Shown piece by piece: positions 38,858 through 51,173 of a stretch of DNA of 64,000 nucleotides. The notes beneath the pieces were generated by a model. The model searched no databases and was not told the DNA's origin. It saw only the letters and a list, made by a program, of their open reading frames with translations. Source of the DNA: Candidatus Multivoradales bacterium (lineage in GTDB: Bacteria; Acidobacteriota; Thermoanaerobaculia; Multivoradales; JAHEKO01); the NCBI GenBank assembly GCA_965223855.1, contig CBDCXM010000009.1, positions 32,001 through 96,000 of the forward strand, read 5' to 3'. The translations under genes and the position numbers were made by a program. Numbering within the stretch: position 1 is the stretch's first letter; every line of letters begins with the position of its first letter.

Positions 38858-41110
38858 TCAACGCTTCGGCCGCGGCTTCGCAGGTAGATACGGCTCAGGC
38901 CACGGATGGTCCCATTGCTCGTAACGCTCGGCGGCGTGGAGGGTCAGGTACGGGTCGTGAAGGTGCGGGCGCGCCATCACCGCCAGATCGGCGCGGCCGG
39001 CAGCCAGCACCGTGTTGGCGTGGTCGGCGCCGAGGAGCGCTCCGACGGCCGCCACCGGCACCCCGGCCTCGTAGCGGATGCGCTCGGCGAACGGCACCTG
39101 GTACATCCGCCCATAGACGATGTCCGACTCCGCGACGTTGCCTCCGGAGGAGACGTCGATGAGCGCGCACCCTTCGGCGGCGAGAGCACGGGCGATCTCC
39201 ACCGCCTCGTCGGCGGTCGTCCCGCTGCCGTCGTCCATCCAGTCGCTGGCGGAGATGCGCACGATCATCGGTCTGGCCGCGGGCCAGGCGTCGCGCATCG
39301 CGCGGAACACCTCCAGGGGATAGCGAAGCCGCGCCTCGAGCGAGCCGCCGTAGGCATCGGTGCGCCGGTTCGTGAGCGGCGACAGGAAGCTCGACAGCAG
39401 ATAGCCGTGCGCCATGTGCACCTCGACGAGATCGAATCCGGCCTCGTCGGCCCGCCGGGTGGAATCGACGAACGCCTCGCGCACCCGGTCCATGTCGTCG
39501 CGGTCCATCTCCTTCGGTATCGGCCAGTCGGGGCGAAACGGGATCGCCGACGGGGCGAGCGTCTGCCAACCGCGCCCTTGCGGCAGGGGAACGTCCTCCC
39601 CTTCCCACGGGTGAGAGACCGAGCCTTTCCGACCGGCATGCGCGAGTTGGATGCCGATCTTCGCGTTCGAGTGTTCGTGGACGAAGTCGACGATCCGGCG
39701 CCAGGCGGCGGTGTGATCCGAGCGGTAGAGGCCGGCGCAGCCGGGCGTGATCCTCCCGTCCGCCGAGACGTCGGTCATCTCGGTGATCACGAGACCGGCA
39801 CCGCCGACGGCGCGGCTGCCGAGATGCACGAGATGCCAGTCGCCGACCGTGCCGTCGGTCGCCGAGTACTGGCACATGGGACTCACGACGATGCGGTTGG
39901 CGAGCGGCAGGCCGCCGAGGTCGTACGGGGTGAAAATCGGCGGCCGGAAGCGGCCCTCGCCGTCCCGCTCACCACCCTCGCGAGCCGCGTACGCCCGGTC
40001 CACACTTTCGATCAGCGCCGGATCGCGGCGCCCGAGGTTGTCGTAGGTGATCTGCTTCGAGCGCGTCATCAGGTTGAAGGTGAAGGTCACCGGATCCTGG
40101 TCGAGGTAGCGAGCCGAGTTCTCGAACCACTCGAGACTGGTCTGCGCCGCCTTCTGGGTCTTGATCACGTCGACCCAGCGTGCCTCCCGGTAGGCGCCCA
40201 GCGCGGCGGCGACGTCGTCCGGCGTCGCCGCGAACGCCTCCGCCAGCGCCACGGCGTCCTCCATCGCCAGCTTCGTACCCGAGCCGATCGAGAAGTGCGC
40301 CGTGTGGGCCGCATCGCCGATCAGCACGACATTCTCGTGGACCCACTGTTCGCACTTCACCGTCGGGAAGGTGCGCCACAACGAGCGGTTCGTCAGCAGC
40401 CGATACCCGTCCAGCTCGTCGGCGAACAGCCGCTCGCAGAACTCCACCGTCTGCTGCTCGGTGGCGTCCTCGAGCCCCGCCTCCCGCCACACTTCTTCCC
40501 GGCACTCGACGATCCAGGTCGCCAGCTCGTCCGAGAACGGGTAGGCGTGGACCTGGAAGAGGCCCGCGTCGTGCTGCTTGAAGTGGAAGGTGAACGCGTC
40601 GAGCGGCTTGTCGGTACCGAGCCAGGTGAATTTGCAACGCCGCCAGTCGAGCGCCGGGCGGAAGTGCTCGGCGAGCTGCTCGCGCACCCACGAATTGACA
40701 CCGTCCGCACCGACCACCAGGTCGTATCCGGAGAAGGCGTCGAGACTCGTCAACTCGCACCCGAAGACGAGCTCCACCCCGACCTCGCGGCAGCGCCGCT
40801 GGAGGATCAGGAGCAGCTCCTTTCGCGACAACGCCGCGAATCCGTGCCCGGTCGAGACGACCCGCTCGCCGCCGACGAAGGTCTCGATGTCGCGCCAGTA
40901 GCGGAAGCGTGACGTGATCGCCGCGAAGCTCTCGCCATCGGCGCGCTCGAAGTTGTCGAGCGTCTCGTCGGAGAACACCACCCCCCAGCCGAAGGTGTCG
41001 TCCGGCTGGTTGCGTTCCACCACCCGCACCTCGGCTCGAGGCTGCTGCTTCCTGAGGAGCAGCGAGAAGTAGAGCCCGGCGGGGCCGCCGCCGACGACGA
41101 GGACCTTCAA
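38858..41110 (-). CDS. Bifunctional anthraniloyl/salicylyl-CoA monooxygenase-reductase (AbmA-like)
   Basis: GGGPAGLY, TFGWGVVFSD, GDAAHTAHFSIGSGTKLAMEDA fused to an OYE domain (SPMCQYSA, HMAHGYLLSSFLSP). TTG 41110 start. Confidence 0.92.
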   Translation of the reverse strand: MKVLVVGGGPAGLYFSLLLRKQQPRAEVRVVERNQPDDTFGWGVVFSDETLDNFERADGESFAAITSRFRYWRDIETFVGGERVVSTGHGFAALSRKELLLILQRRCREVGVELVFGCELTSLDAFSGYDLVVGADGVNSWVREQLAEHFRPALDWRRCKFTWLGTDKPLDAFTFHFKQHDAGLFQVHAYPFSDELATWIVECREEVWREAGLEDATEQQTVEFCERLFADELDGYRLLTNRSLWRTFPTVKCEQWVHENVVLIGDAAHTAHFSIGSGTKLAMEDAVALAEAFAATPDDVAAALGAYREARWVDVIKTQKAAQTSLEWFENSARYLDQDPVTFTFNLMTRSKQITYDNLGRRDPALIESVDRAYAAREGGERDGEGRFRPPIFTPYDLGGLPLANRIVVSPMCQYSATDGTVGDWHLVHLGSRAVGGAGLVITEMTDVSADGRITPGCAGLYRSDHTAAWRRIVDFVHEHSNAKIGIQLAHAGRKGSVSHPWEGEDVPLPQGRGWQTLAPSAIPFRPDWPIPKEMDRDDMDRVREAFVDSTRRADEAGFDLVEVHMAHGYLLSSFLSPLTNRRTDAYGGSLEARLRYPLEVFRAMRDAWPAARPMIVRISASDWMDDGSGTTADEAVEIARALAAEGCALIDVSSGGNVAESDIVYGRMYQVPFAERIRYEAGVPVAAVGALLGADHANTVLAAGRADLAVMARPHLHDPYLTLHAAERYEQWDHPWPEPYLPAKPRPKR

Positions 41111-41117
41111 GCCACCC

Positions 41118-41966
41118 TCACGCCAGACCGTCCTCACCCGGCTCGAGAATCAGCAGCCGCAGAGGCCGGTCCTTGGCCAGGATCCGCTGGAACGGCACGT
41201 AACGATGCGGCGTCGCTTCGAGCTCGGCGAACGGCTGGAAGGAGTGGTGGACGGTGAAGACCGCATGCCCGCCTGCTGCCACCAGCCCCCTGAGCTCCTC
41301 CCAGAAGTCCTCGAGCGACCAGTGAAATCCGACGCCGTAGAAGGAGTAGACGAGATCGTACGGCCCCGGCAGCCCGCCGAGACTGCCACCCGACTCGGCG
41401 GCGTCGAAGATCCGGTGCCCCGACAGACCGTTGAACCGCAGGACCTCGTCGAGCATCTCGAGGTCGCCGCAGAACGACTCCGCCGAGCGCGGCGCGTTGA
41501 GTGGGTACTTGCGCGCCGAGCCGTCGCCGTCGAAGAGGTGGAAGCGTTCGGCGGGCCAGCCGAGCCGCTGATGGAAGAACACCGCCGAGCGCCCCATCCC
41601 GGGGCCGATCTCGAGAACCTGACGCGGCTCCAGCCCTTCGAGCAGCGGCGCCAGCGCCTCGTACTCGGCCCAGCTCGAACCGTTCTGCGACAGCTCCCAG
41701 ACACGTCGGGATTCCTCGTCCTCGCGCAGCGAGAACTGCGGCGTGATCGCCTTGATCGCGCGAATCAGCCGCGGCGTGAGGACCGGTGCACGGAAATGCA
41801 GCTCCTTGCCGGCGAGCGACCGGCTCAGCTCCTCGACCCGATGCCCCGAGCCGAGCCGCTTCGCCAGCTCGGTCCGCAGCCGATGCCACAACTGCCTGGG
41901 GCCCAACACCGTCCCTCCCGTGCCGTCGGCTACCGCTCGAGAGGCGGCGGTTTCATCCCGATTCAC
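41118..41966 (-). CDS. Class I SAM-dependent methyltransferase
   Basis: VLEIGPGMGR, YDLVYSFYGVGFH. Confidence 0.75.
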   Translation of the reverse strand: MNRDETAASRAVADGTGGTVLGPRQLWHRLRTELAKRLGSGHRVEELSRSLAGKELHFRAPVLTPRLIRAIKAITPQFSLREDEESRRVWELSQNGSSWAEYEALAPLLEGLEPRQVLEIGPGMGRSAVFFHQRLGWPAERFHLFDGDGSARKYPLNAPRSAESFCGDLEMLDEVLRFNGLSGHRIFDAAESGGSLGGLPGPYDLVYSFYGVGFHWSLEDFWEELRGLVAAGGHAVFTVHHSFQPFAELEATPHRYVPFQRILAKDRPLRLLILEPGEDGLA

Positions 41967-42232
41967 GATGGCGGGAGTGTACAGCGGGATGACGAGGTCA
42001 AACCCGGCCGGTCATCTTCCAACCCGAAACGTCCCCGGAGCAGTCGAGATGCCCCAGACCGGTGCTCGGGCGAGCGGGGCGGGGAGAGCACTCGCCCTCC
42101 CCGCCAGACGGCGATGACTCATTGAAGCCGGTTTCGTCGCGTTGAGAGCAAGGGTCCGGCTTCTCCGGGGACCCGATTGAGAGCTCATCCGAGCCCGACG
42201 TCCGGCACAGAACTCAAGCAGAGGAATCGACC

Positions 42233-45200
42233 ATGCATCGGAAACTTCACCTAGCGGTTGTCACTTTGGTCCTGGGGATTTCACTTCCCCTGAGCGCCGG
42301 GGAGGAACCGATCGAAGAACGCGGTTTCTCGGCCGAGTCCGTCTACCAGATGGGTGAGATCGATTCGGTCAACCTCTACAACGGCAACCTGACGCTCTCG
42401 ATACCGCTGGGCCCGACCTACCCGGTCAACAACCTCTCGTACGGACTGCATCTGACGTACAACTCGAACGCCTGGGACGTGCACGACGTGCCGAACCCGT
42501 CGTTCAATCCGGCGGACTGCGAACGCGGCCGCTGCGCGGCAATGGAACTGACGTATCCGTTGCCCAACTCCCTGTCGAACGCCGGCCTCGGCTGGACGGT
42601 GACCTTGGGGCAGCTTCATCCCCCGACTGAGGAGAGCTCGATCCCACCACCGCCCCCGGGCGCGGCGAAGCTCGACCTCGTGGTGTTCGGCGACGACGGC
42701 GTGGTCTCGGTCGCGGGGCGCAGTGACTGCGTGAGCACCGGCACTTCGGGGATCCACTGCGAGTACTGGACGACCGAGAACGAGGACTTCCTGCGGCTTT
42801 CCATCTCGGGCGGCCTGGAGGAGTTCCGGTTCTGGGAAGAGCACTGCGCGGACGGCAGCCTGCTCGACAACGTCGTCTACGACGGCGCGACCCCGATCGC
42901 TTTCGACCTCGACATGACCGACGGGAGCGGCGGGCCCGCCGACCGTCTCTGCGGAGCCCGATTCACACCACCGGTCCCGGTGACCTTCACCTCGGTCGGG
43001 CCGGACTGGGGTTGGGTCGAAGAGACCGCGACCCCGCCCCGCATCAGCTGCGGCTACGGCGACCGCACCGACTGTTCGACATACGTGGAGCCCGGTGAGG
43101 AGATCACCTTCCGATGGTTGGCGGAGGACGGCTATCGACTCGTCAACTGGGGCGGAAGCTGCGAGCAGCCGATCGAGTACGGTGAGCCCACCGAGATCAC
43201 GATCCAGCCGTTCGAAGCGGCGCTGTGCACGGCTCAGTTCGCCCAATGCGGCGAGGACGAACCGCCGACCGATCCCGACCTGATCGACAAGCGGTGGGGG
43301 CCCAAGCCGCCATGCTCCGAAACCGTACAGCTGACAGCCGAAGTCGCCGGCTCGGGCGGCGGCTCGCTCGAGAGCCACCCTGACTACTTCACGGCCGCGA
43401 CCTGCAACAAGAGCGCCGGGGACCCTGGCCCGGTGCCGTGCGGTAGCGAGGACGTGACCTGGGGCTCCTGGGTGCGGATGACGGCGGATCCGGACGAGGG
43501 GTCGTTCTTCTCCCACTGGGCTCTACCCGTCAGCGGGAATCCGCTGAGCCCACCGATCCGCTGCGTCCCTCTCGACGCGTCCGAACCGCGAGAGGCGACG
43601 AGCATCCTGTGGAAAGAGTCCGCCTGCCAGGCGGTGTTCGAGCAGATTCCCGTGGATCACGGAGTCCTGCGAGTGCGGCGGACCGGCGACGGCCTGGGAC
43701 GGGTCGCGAGCATGCCGGCCGGCATCGACTGCGGCGAGCAATGCGAACACGCCTTCCCGGTCGCCGATCCGGTCCAGCTCGAGGCGATCGAGGTTCCCGG
43801 ACTGTCTCGCTTCGAGGGGTGGAGCGGCGACTGCAGCGGCATCGATCCGGTCTTCGAGATCGACCTGGCGATCGACGAGGTTCGCGACTGCACGGCGGAG
43901 TTCTCTCCGATCAACCAGAGCAGCCACGACCTGAGCGTCGCCGTGGACGGTCCTGGCTCGGTCCTGGGCTTGACGGAGGTCTGTGGCCAGGGCTCCGGCA
44001 CCTGCACCGACACCTTCCAGACCGGCAGCTACGTCGAACTGGTTGCGGAGCCCCTCTCTCCCGAGGATCACGGCTTCGTCGGCTGGAGCGGCGACTGCTC
44101 GACCTTCGGCCTCAACCCGAGGATCGAGGTCTTCATGGACGGCGACAAGAGCTGCACGGCGCACTTCAACGACTGCTCGATCGACTACTGCCCGGCCATC
44201 AAGCAGCTCAATGTCGCCTTCCGCGGTGACGGCGAAGGGGAGGTCGTGATCCAGAAGCCGGGCCAGCCGGACACGGTCTGCACCGACGACTGCAGCGTGA
44301 TCTTCGGCCCGACCGAAACCGAGGCGACGCTCGTCGCTCAAGGCGACGACTCCGATTTCGAGGAGTTCCTCGGAGTCGGCTGCACCGGCGACTCCCCGCT
44401 CGAGGTCGACATGAGCGATCACCGCTTCTGCAAGGCGTACTTCGGATCGACGGCCGAGCGGCGTGAGCTGCGACTCGAGATCACCCGCGAAGGCACCGCC
44501 AGGGCCGAGCTGTGGAGCAACCCTGAGGGAATCCACGTCCCGCTCGACTCGAACGCCACCGTCACGACCCACGATTTCCCGATCGGTACCGACGTCGACC
44601 TTCACTTCGAGGACGGCACGGCGCCGTCGTACGTCCTCTGGGGTGGCGACTGCTCGGCTTCGGGCGAGATCGACATGCTCCAGGACGCCGTGTGCACCGC
44701 CCACATCCGGCTGGTGCCGACTATCTCGGTGCAACCGAACGCACTGGGGTCGGTGGAAATCGATCCAGGCAACACGATCTGTCTGCCGAACCAGAGCTGT
44801 ACCGAGTACTTCGACGCCGGATCGACCGTCTTCCTCACCGTGCTGCCCGAGCCGGACGCCTTCTTCACCGGTTGGGGAGGCGATCCGGCCTGCAGCGACC
44901 TGACCGCGCCGGTCGCCACCGTGACGCTGTGGGAGGCGATGAGCTGTACGGCGACCTTCGGCAGTTGTCCCGGCGGATGCGGCGACCCGCAGCAGCTCAC
45001 GATCACCGACCCCGGCAATCAGGGGACAGTGATCAGCGTCAGTCAGCCCGGGATCGACTGCCCGGGCGACTGTTCAGAGATGTATCCCGACGGGCTGCCG
45101 CTCGTCCTGCGGGCCGAGGAGACGAACCCGAACTACTTCTTCCACGGCTGGACCGGCTGCCCGGTGCTCGATCCCGGCGACGCTCAGACGACGATCATCA

Positions 45201-48200
45201 TGAATCAGCCGCACCAGTGCACCGCGGTCTTTGCGGACGAAGAGCCTACCACCCACACCCTCACCGCCCAGATCGACGGCGGCGGCGGCTCGGTACTCAA
45301 CCTCCAGGGCGACATCGACTGCCCTGGGCTGTGCCAGGAGGTGCTCAACGAGGGCTCGACGGTGTCGCTGCTGCCGATACCCGAGCCCGGCAAGGAGTTC
45401 AGCCACTGGGTCGGAGGATGCCCGGGCAATGGACTGTTCCAGATCACCTCGAACACCACGTGCACGGCGAAGTTCGTGGCCGGCACGACCTTCCAACTGA
45501 CCATCGACGTGGGAGGGCAGGGCGCCGACGTGCTCGTCGCGCCCCGGCCTTCCGGGACTTCCGACTGCGCTGCCGACCCGAACGACGACTGCACCTACAC
45601 GTACAACGCCGTCAACCCGGCCACGGTGGTCGAGCTCGAGGCCCTCGATCTCGCGCCCACCGTTCCTTTCCTGTGGTGGTCGGGGGACGACTGCGACCCG
45701 ACCTCCGACCCGCGGGTGGTGACGGCGACGATGAACCAGAGCCGCTCCTGCATGCCGGTCTACGGAGCGGGATGCCCCGAGTGCATTCCACCGGGAGGGC
45801 TCGTGGCTGCGAAAAGCGGACCGAGCGGAACCGGGCAGGCCGGGAAAGCGACGGCAGACGACTGGCCGGAAGGCGACGCCCCGGACGTCCCTTACACGGA
45901 GCCCAACGTGGCGAACCGCACCGGCCTGTGGATGTACGTCAGCCCCGACGGCGCCAAGCACTACTTCTACCGCAACCTCCAGGAGCACCTACCGGACCAC
46001 GACGAGCTCGTCTACTACACCCGCGACAACTCGTTCCTGCGGTTGACGGTCGACCATGAGGATCTGGATCTCGCGACCGCGGCGAAGGTCGAGTTCCCGG
46101 ACGGCACCTTCCGCGAGTTCTCGCGCGAACAATCCTCCACGACCTGGCGTCTCGACAGACTCGCCGATCCGTTCGGCAACGAGGTGACGATCGACTATTC
46201 CGTTCCCGATGAGTGGAGGATCGAAGACTCGGAGGGCCGCAGTCACCGGATCCTCTTCTCGCAGCCCGTGACTCCCGTTGGCCCCGAGGCGGAACTCGGC
46301 CCGCAGATCGAGCGGATCGATCTGGCGGCCTTCGACGGAGCGGTCAACCAGATCGAGTTCGAGTACGACTCGCAGTTGGTCAATTTCTGCTACCGCAACC
46401 GGCTCCAGGAAGGCTTCCAGGACATGAGTCCCTTCCCGGCCGCGGATCAGTTCCCGATGCTCTCCGAAGTCCGGCTCGGAGCGGGCCAGACAGCGCCGAT
46501 GGTCTATCGCATGGAGAGCTACCGCAGCGGCACCGTCGGCTCGAACCCCGGCTACAGCCAATGCCCGGACGCCGGAGTCCTCGAATCCATCGAGCTTCCG
46601 ACCGGCGGCCGCATCGAGTGGGACTACGGGTCGTGGAAGAACGCCTCCTACTACCCGCCGTTCTTTCACCTCTCCTCCGGCGTCTCGAAGCGGACCTTCG
46701 TCGATCCGCACAGCGGCGACACCACGTCGTGGACCTATTCGAACCAGCTCTTCCCGCCGAGCAACGAGTGGCGTTTCCTCGACGGGGTGCCTCAGGTCTA
46801 CCCCACCGAGAGCCGCGTCGACGTGGCCGTCGAGTCGGTGGACGGAGCCGGGAATCCGGTGACGCACTGCACCCGGCACTACTTCAACGCCGACGAAACG
46901 GACTACGCCTTCAACGGACTTCCCTTCTCTCCGACCAACGACGCCGGAGACCTCTTCCTCTCGACGGAGGTCTTTGGCCAGTGGCAGGACCAGTCGGGAG
47001 ATCCGTTTCACGGCGATCAGAGGCTCTGTGCGGGAATGCGCAGGCGCACGACCCACACTCGATACGAGGTCGATGGGGGCTACTGCGTCCGATCGCCGGA
47101 CGACCTTCACGATCCTTGCAGCGATCGCAACCGCCGGGTCGTCGCCTCCGAGACCGTCTTCCACGGCGACGCCGACCGCTCTGTCCGCACCGACCATCTC
47201 GACTACAACCAGCTCGGGCGCTTCGAGACGACGGTGGTGAGCGGCTGGGGCGGGCTCGAGCGCACGACGAAGCAGGACTACACCGTCTCCGGCGCGATCG
47301 GCCCCGACCAGGACTGGTTCCTCGACCTCGTGACCCGGCACGAAGTGCTCGAGAACGGCGATCGCGCCGTAGAGAAGGCCGAATTCGACGACCTCGGCTT
47401 CAAGATCTGCCATCGCACCCTCACGTCCGGTACCGAAAACGCTTCCGACGACCTCGTCACCCGCTTCGAGCGCGGCGACTCCGGCAACGTGGCACGGATC
47501 GTCTACGACGGCGGTGATCTCAACTCCGTCTCGATGGACGTCTGTGGTGGCTCGGGAGGCGACTACGCGATCGACTACCAGTACGAGCACGGCGTCCTCC
47601 GCTCCTCGCAGTTCGAGGGAGCGAGCTTCCTCTCCTACGACGTCGACGTCGACCCCTCGACCGGCCTCGCCCACACCCGGCGCGACACGGGTGGACTGGC
47701 CACCACCTTCGCCTACGACGTCCTCGGCCGCCTGGTCGAGCAGACCCCACCGGGCGACGCCACCCAGTCGTTCGACTACTCCCTCCCCGCCGGCGGCCCC
47801 GCCTCCGTGCGCATGGAGTGGCGCGACGGCGCCACGCTGCTCAAGCACAGCGACTCGTCTTCGACGGCTTCGGCCGGGTAGCCGAGGAGATGGTCAGTCG
47901 CCCGAACCTGACGCCGCGGCGCTACACCCGCCACAACGGCCTCGGCTGGAAGATCTCGATGTCCGAGTGGGACAAGCCGAACTCGGTCACGATCTACCGG
48001 GATTTCGATCCCTTCGGACGCGCCAAAGAGGTCTCCCGACCCGACGGCTCGACGACGAGCTTCTACTTCCAGGGCGAGCGGCAGGTTCAACGCACCGAAT
48101 GGGTCAGCGGCGAAGAGTCCAGGACCTGGGAGAAGCGGGACGCCCTCGGCCGCCTTGTCGAGGTGCGCGAGCCCAACCACGGCGGCAACGACTTCAGCCT

Positions 48201-50420
48201 CATCGCCCGCTACACCTACGACATCGGCGAGCGCCTCACCGAAGTCGAGCTGAATGAGTCCGGCTCCAACAAGCAGTTCAGGACCTTCAAGTACGACAAC
48301 CGCGGGTTCCTGCTGTGGCAGGAGCTGCCGGAGCTGGAAGGCCGAGTGGAGTTCGGGGGCTACGATGCCCGAGGCAACGCTCACTTCAAGGACGACGTCG
48401 ATCGCCGGCTCGACTTCGAGTTCGACGAGGCCGGGAGGCCCACAAGGGTTTCGCACGGCGGCAGTCCGATCAAGGAGCTCACCTACTTCGCGGAAGGAGG
48501 CCCGGGCGACGGCCATCGAAACGGGCGGCTTCACAGCGCAACCCGATACACCCCATACGGCCAGGATCGGGTGCGGGTTACCGACTACTTTGACTACGAC
48601 GACACCTCCGGCAGGGTCGACTACAAGGCGACCCAGTCAAGGTCGCCAGCGCCGCCGCCCAGACCTTTCGTGCGGAGTACCAGTACGACGCTCTCGGGCT
48701 GTTGAAACGCGAGCGGTATCCCTACTGCGACGGCTGCTCCGAGCCGTGGACCGACTACGAGCACAAGGACGGCCACTTGTGGAAGGTCCGCCGAGGTAGC
48801 GAGGTCTTCGCCCGCACCATCAGTTACCACGCGAACGGTCTCTACAAGGTTCTCCGCCGGGATACGACCAACGGCGACCTGCTCGACGTGCAGGGCGTGG
48901 CCGCCGACGGCATGGCCCGTCCCTCCTCGCTTGCGCTCGGCAGGCGAGGGTCGACGCTCTACGACCTCGGGACGTACACCTACGACGGCGTCGGCAACAT
49001 CCTTGGAGTCGGCAACGATGAGTACGAGTACGACTTGCTGAGCCGACTGAAGTCGGCCGCACTCGAGGGGGAGCCGCAACGCAGCTATCAGTTCGACGCC
49101 TTCGGCAATCTCGTCGGCCTCGGCGGCCGGACCTTCCCGGTGGGGCCCGGCAACACCAATCGTCTCGCCGACTGGAGCTACGACGCCCGAGGCAACGTCA
49201 CTCTCGCTGCCGACGACTTCGGCGCCATCGACTACGACGACCTCAGCATGCCCAGGAAGCGCTCGCTGGGCGACCGTGCCGAGTGGTACGCCTACTCCGC
49301 CGACAACGAGCGTGTCTGGACCCGGACCGTCATCGTGGACGGCCCCGGCGGAGGCCTCGGCGGCGGCGACGGCGCCGAGACGCAGACCGTCACCCTGCGA
49401 GGTCTCGACCAGAAGGTCCGCCGGATCTACGACCGCGACGGCTCGAGCCTCACCTGGAAGAAGGACTACTTCTACCGCGACGGCAGTCTCCTGGCGTCAC
49501 TCACGCCCGAAGGCCGGCGGAATCTCCACGTCGATCATCTGGGAACGCTACGGCTGGTGACCGACGAAGCCGGCAACGAGGTCTCCCGCCACAAGTACTG
49601 GCCGTTCGGCGAAACGCTCCTCGACACCGGCACCGAGGAAGAGGTGATGCAGTTCACCGGGCACGAGCGGGACGAGTGGGAGGTCGATTCCGACGAACCC
49701 GCAAGGGACGACCTGGACTACATGCATGCCAGGTATTACTCGGGATGGGCTGGGAGGTTCCTGTCGGTGGACCCTGCGGGAGAGAGCGCCACTATGACGA
49801 GTCCCCAGTCATGGAACCGGTATAGCTACGCCTACAACGATCCCCTCGGCACCGTCGATCCAGATGGCGAGATCGGCTTCAAGCTGATCAAGTCCGCCGT
49901 CAAGCTCGCGATCAAGGGAGGAGACGCTGCAGCAACATTCGCCGGTGTCATCGAGGACGTCAACACTCTGCGCAGTGACGACTCGAGCATCGGAGAGAAG
50001 ACCCTCGCGACTGTCTCGTTGGTGACTGAGGCGATCTCGCCAGTCTCGATGAGAGACGCAAAGGCGCTTGGGAGGGGCGTGAAGAAGTTCTTCGGCGTTG
50101 CGGATGACACACGCGGACCGCCCGGAATGAAGCTCGATGGCAGCCGTGGAGGACCCGGCGCAGGAAAGGACTTCTCCAAATCGACCAAAGATGCAGCCGA
50201 AGTCGAAGCCAACGGACGCTGCGTCTTCTGCGGAAAAGAAACTATTCGAACTCAAGGCCCACACCCGGACAGACGCCACACAGATCACTCGGACCCCAAG
50301 TCGAGAGGTGGAAACAACACCCTTGAGAACGCACAGAACACCTGCCAGACTTGCAACCTAGAGAAACGCAACAGAACGACCCGAGAGTACCTTGAGGAGC
50401 GAAAGAAGCAGTCCCAGTAG
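42233..50420 (+). CDS. Sec-exported Rhs/YD-repeat toxin with 11 inserted Cys-rich InlB-B-like repeats and a C-terminal HNH nuclease; two frameshifts (~47854, ~48636)
   Basis: Signal peptide, VNLYNGNL, YD repeats, VDHLGT, FTGHERD, YMHARYY, RFLSVDP, YAYNDPLGTVDPDG. Tip CVFC...HTDH...GG.NTLEN...CQTCN. The three ORFs join if one base is added at each break. Confidence 0.85.
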
Positions 50421-50864
50421 TGACGGTCTCGCCAAGATCATCATTGAGCTCGATCGACCCTCGATTCACGATCGACTTCGGAGGGACTTTGGGGCGAGGC
50501 CAGAGGGAAGGCCACCTTCGCACTAAGGAACACACCCTTCTATGCGAAGGGCCTGAGTCACCTGGACACGATTCGAGCCAGCCCACTTAGTGCGGGGGTG
50601 TGGCAATACTCGGCCGTGGTGGCAAGGAGCGGCCATTCGACCTACCGCATCTTCTCCAATGTGCCATTGGAATCTCATGACTTCGCCGAAGCATGGCGCC
50701 CTCTCGAGGAGGCAGGCTGTTCCTTCGAGCAAGGCCTCGGTAGTTTGCTGGCAGTTGACGTCCCCGCAGCAGTGGATATCCACTTGGTCTATAGCTTGAT
50801 GACCGCTGGCGAAGATCGCGCAGTTTGGGACTTTGAAGAGGGACATTGCGGCCACCAAGTGTGA
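50392..50864 (+). CDS. DUF4265-like protein, candidate immunity protein; frameshift near 50469
   Basis: Manual translation: DGLAKIIIELD, a frame change, then EGLW...LRNTPFYAKGLSHLD...SGHSTYRI...GCSFE...LAVDVP...WDFEEG. Confidence 0.7.
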
Positions 50865-51173
50865 CTTGAGTTGCCGCGGCGAGAAGCTGCTAGACGAAAC
50901 GGCAAGGACTCCCGCGGGGGCTGCGGTGCCCACCGATCCTGCGAGCGCCGCCCCTGACCGTACTTCTCAAGAGGTAACCATAACGTCGTTCCGCCGACTC
51001 CGGGAACGCGCTGCGACGCAGTCACACTCCAACACACAGTTCCCCGTCGCTACGAAGAATCCCTTGTCTCGGGACGCGGGTCCACGTGCTATCTTTCAAG
51101 AGCACTCACACACGCTTCTATTTCCTGATGAGTTCGTCGGCGCCGGCCGACCGCGTGCTCAGAAAGGTAGCCC

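Noticed and set aside
41967-42232. Riboswitch upstream of the Rhs gene
   Set aside because: GC hairpins are present, but I recognise no aptamer consensus.
42233-50420. T6SS effector, or programmed frameshifting
   Set aside because: It has a Sec signal and no PAAR/VgrG, and there are no slippery heptamers at the breaks.
51124-51167. Hammerhead ribozyme (CTGATGAG...GAAA)
   Set aside because: The base before GAAA is A, so stem II does not close canonically, and I found no stem I/III. It is at most a simple hairpin near the RBS.
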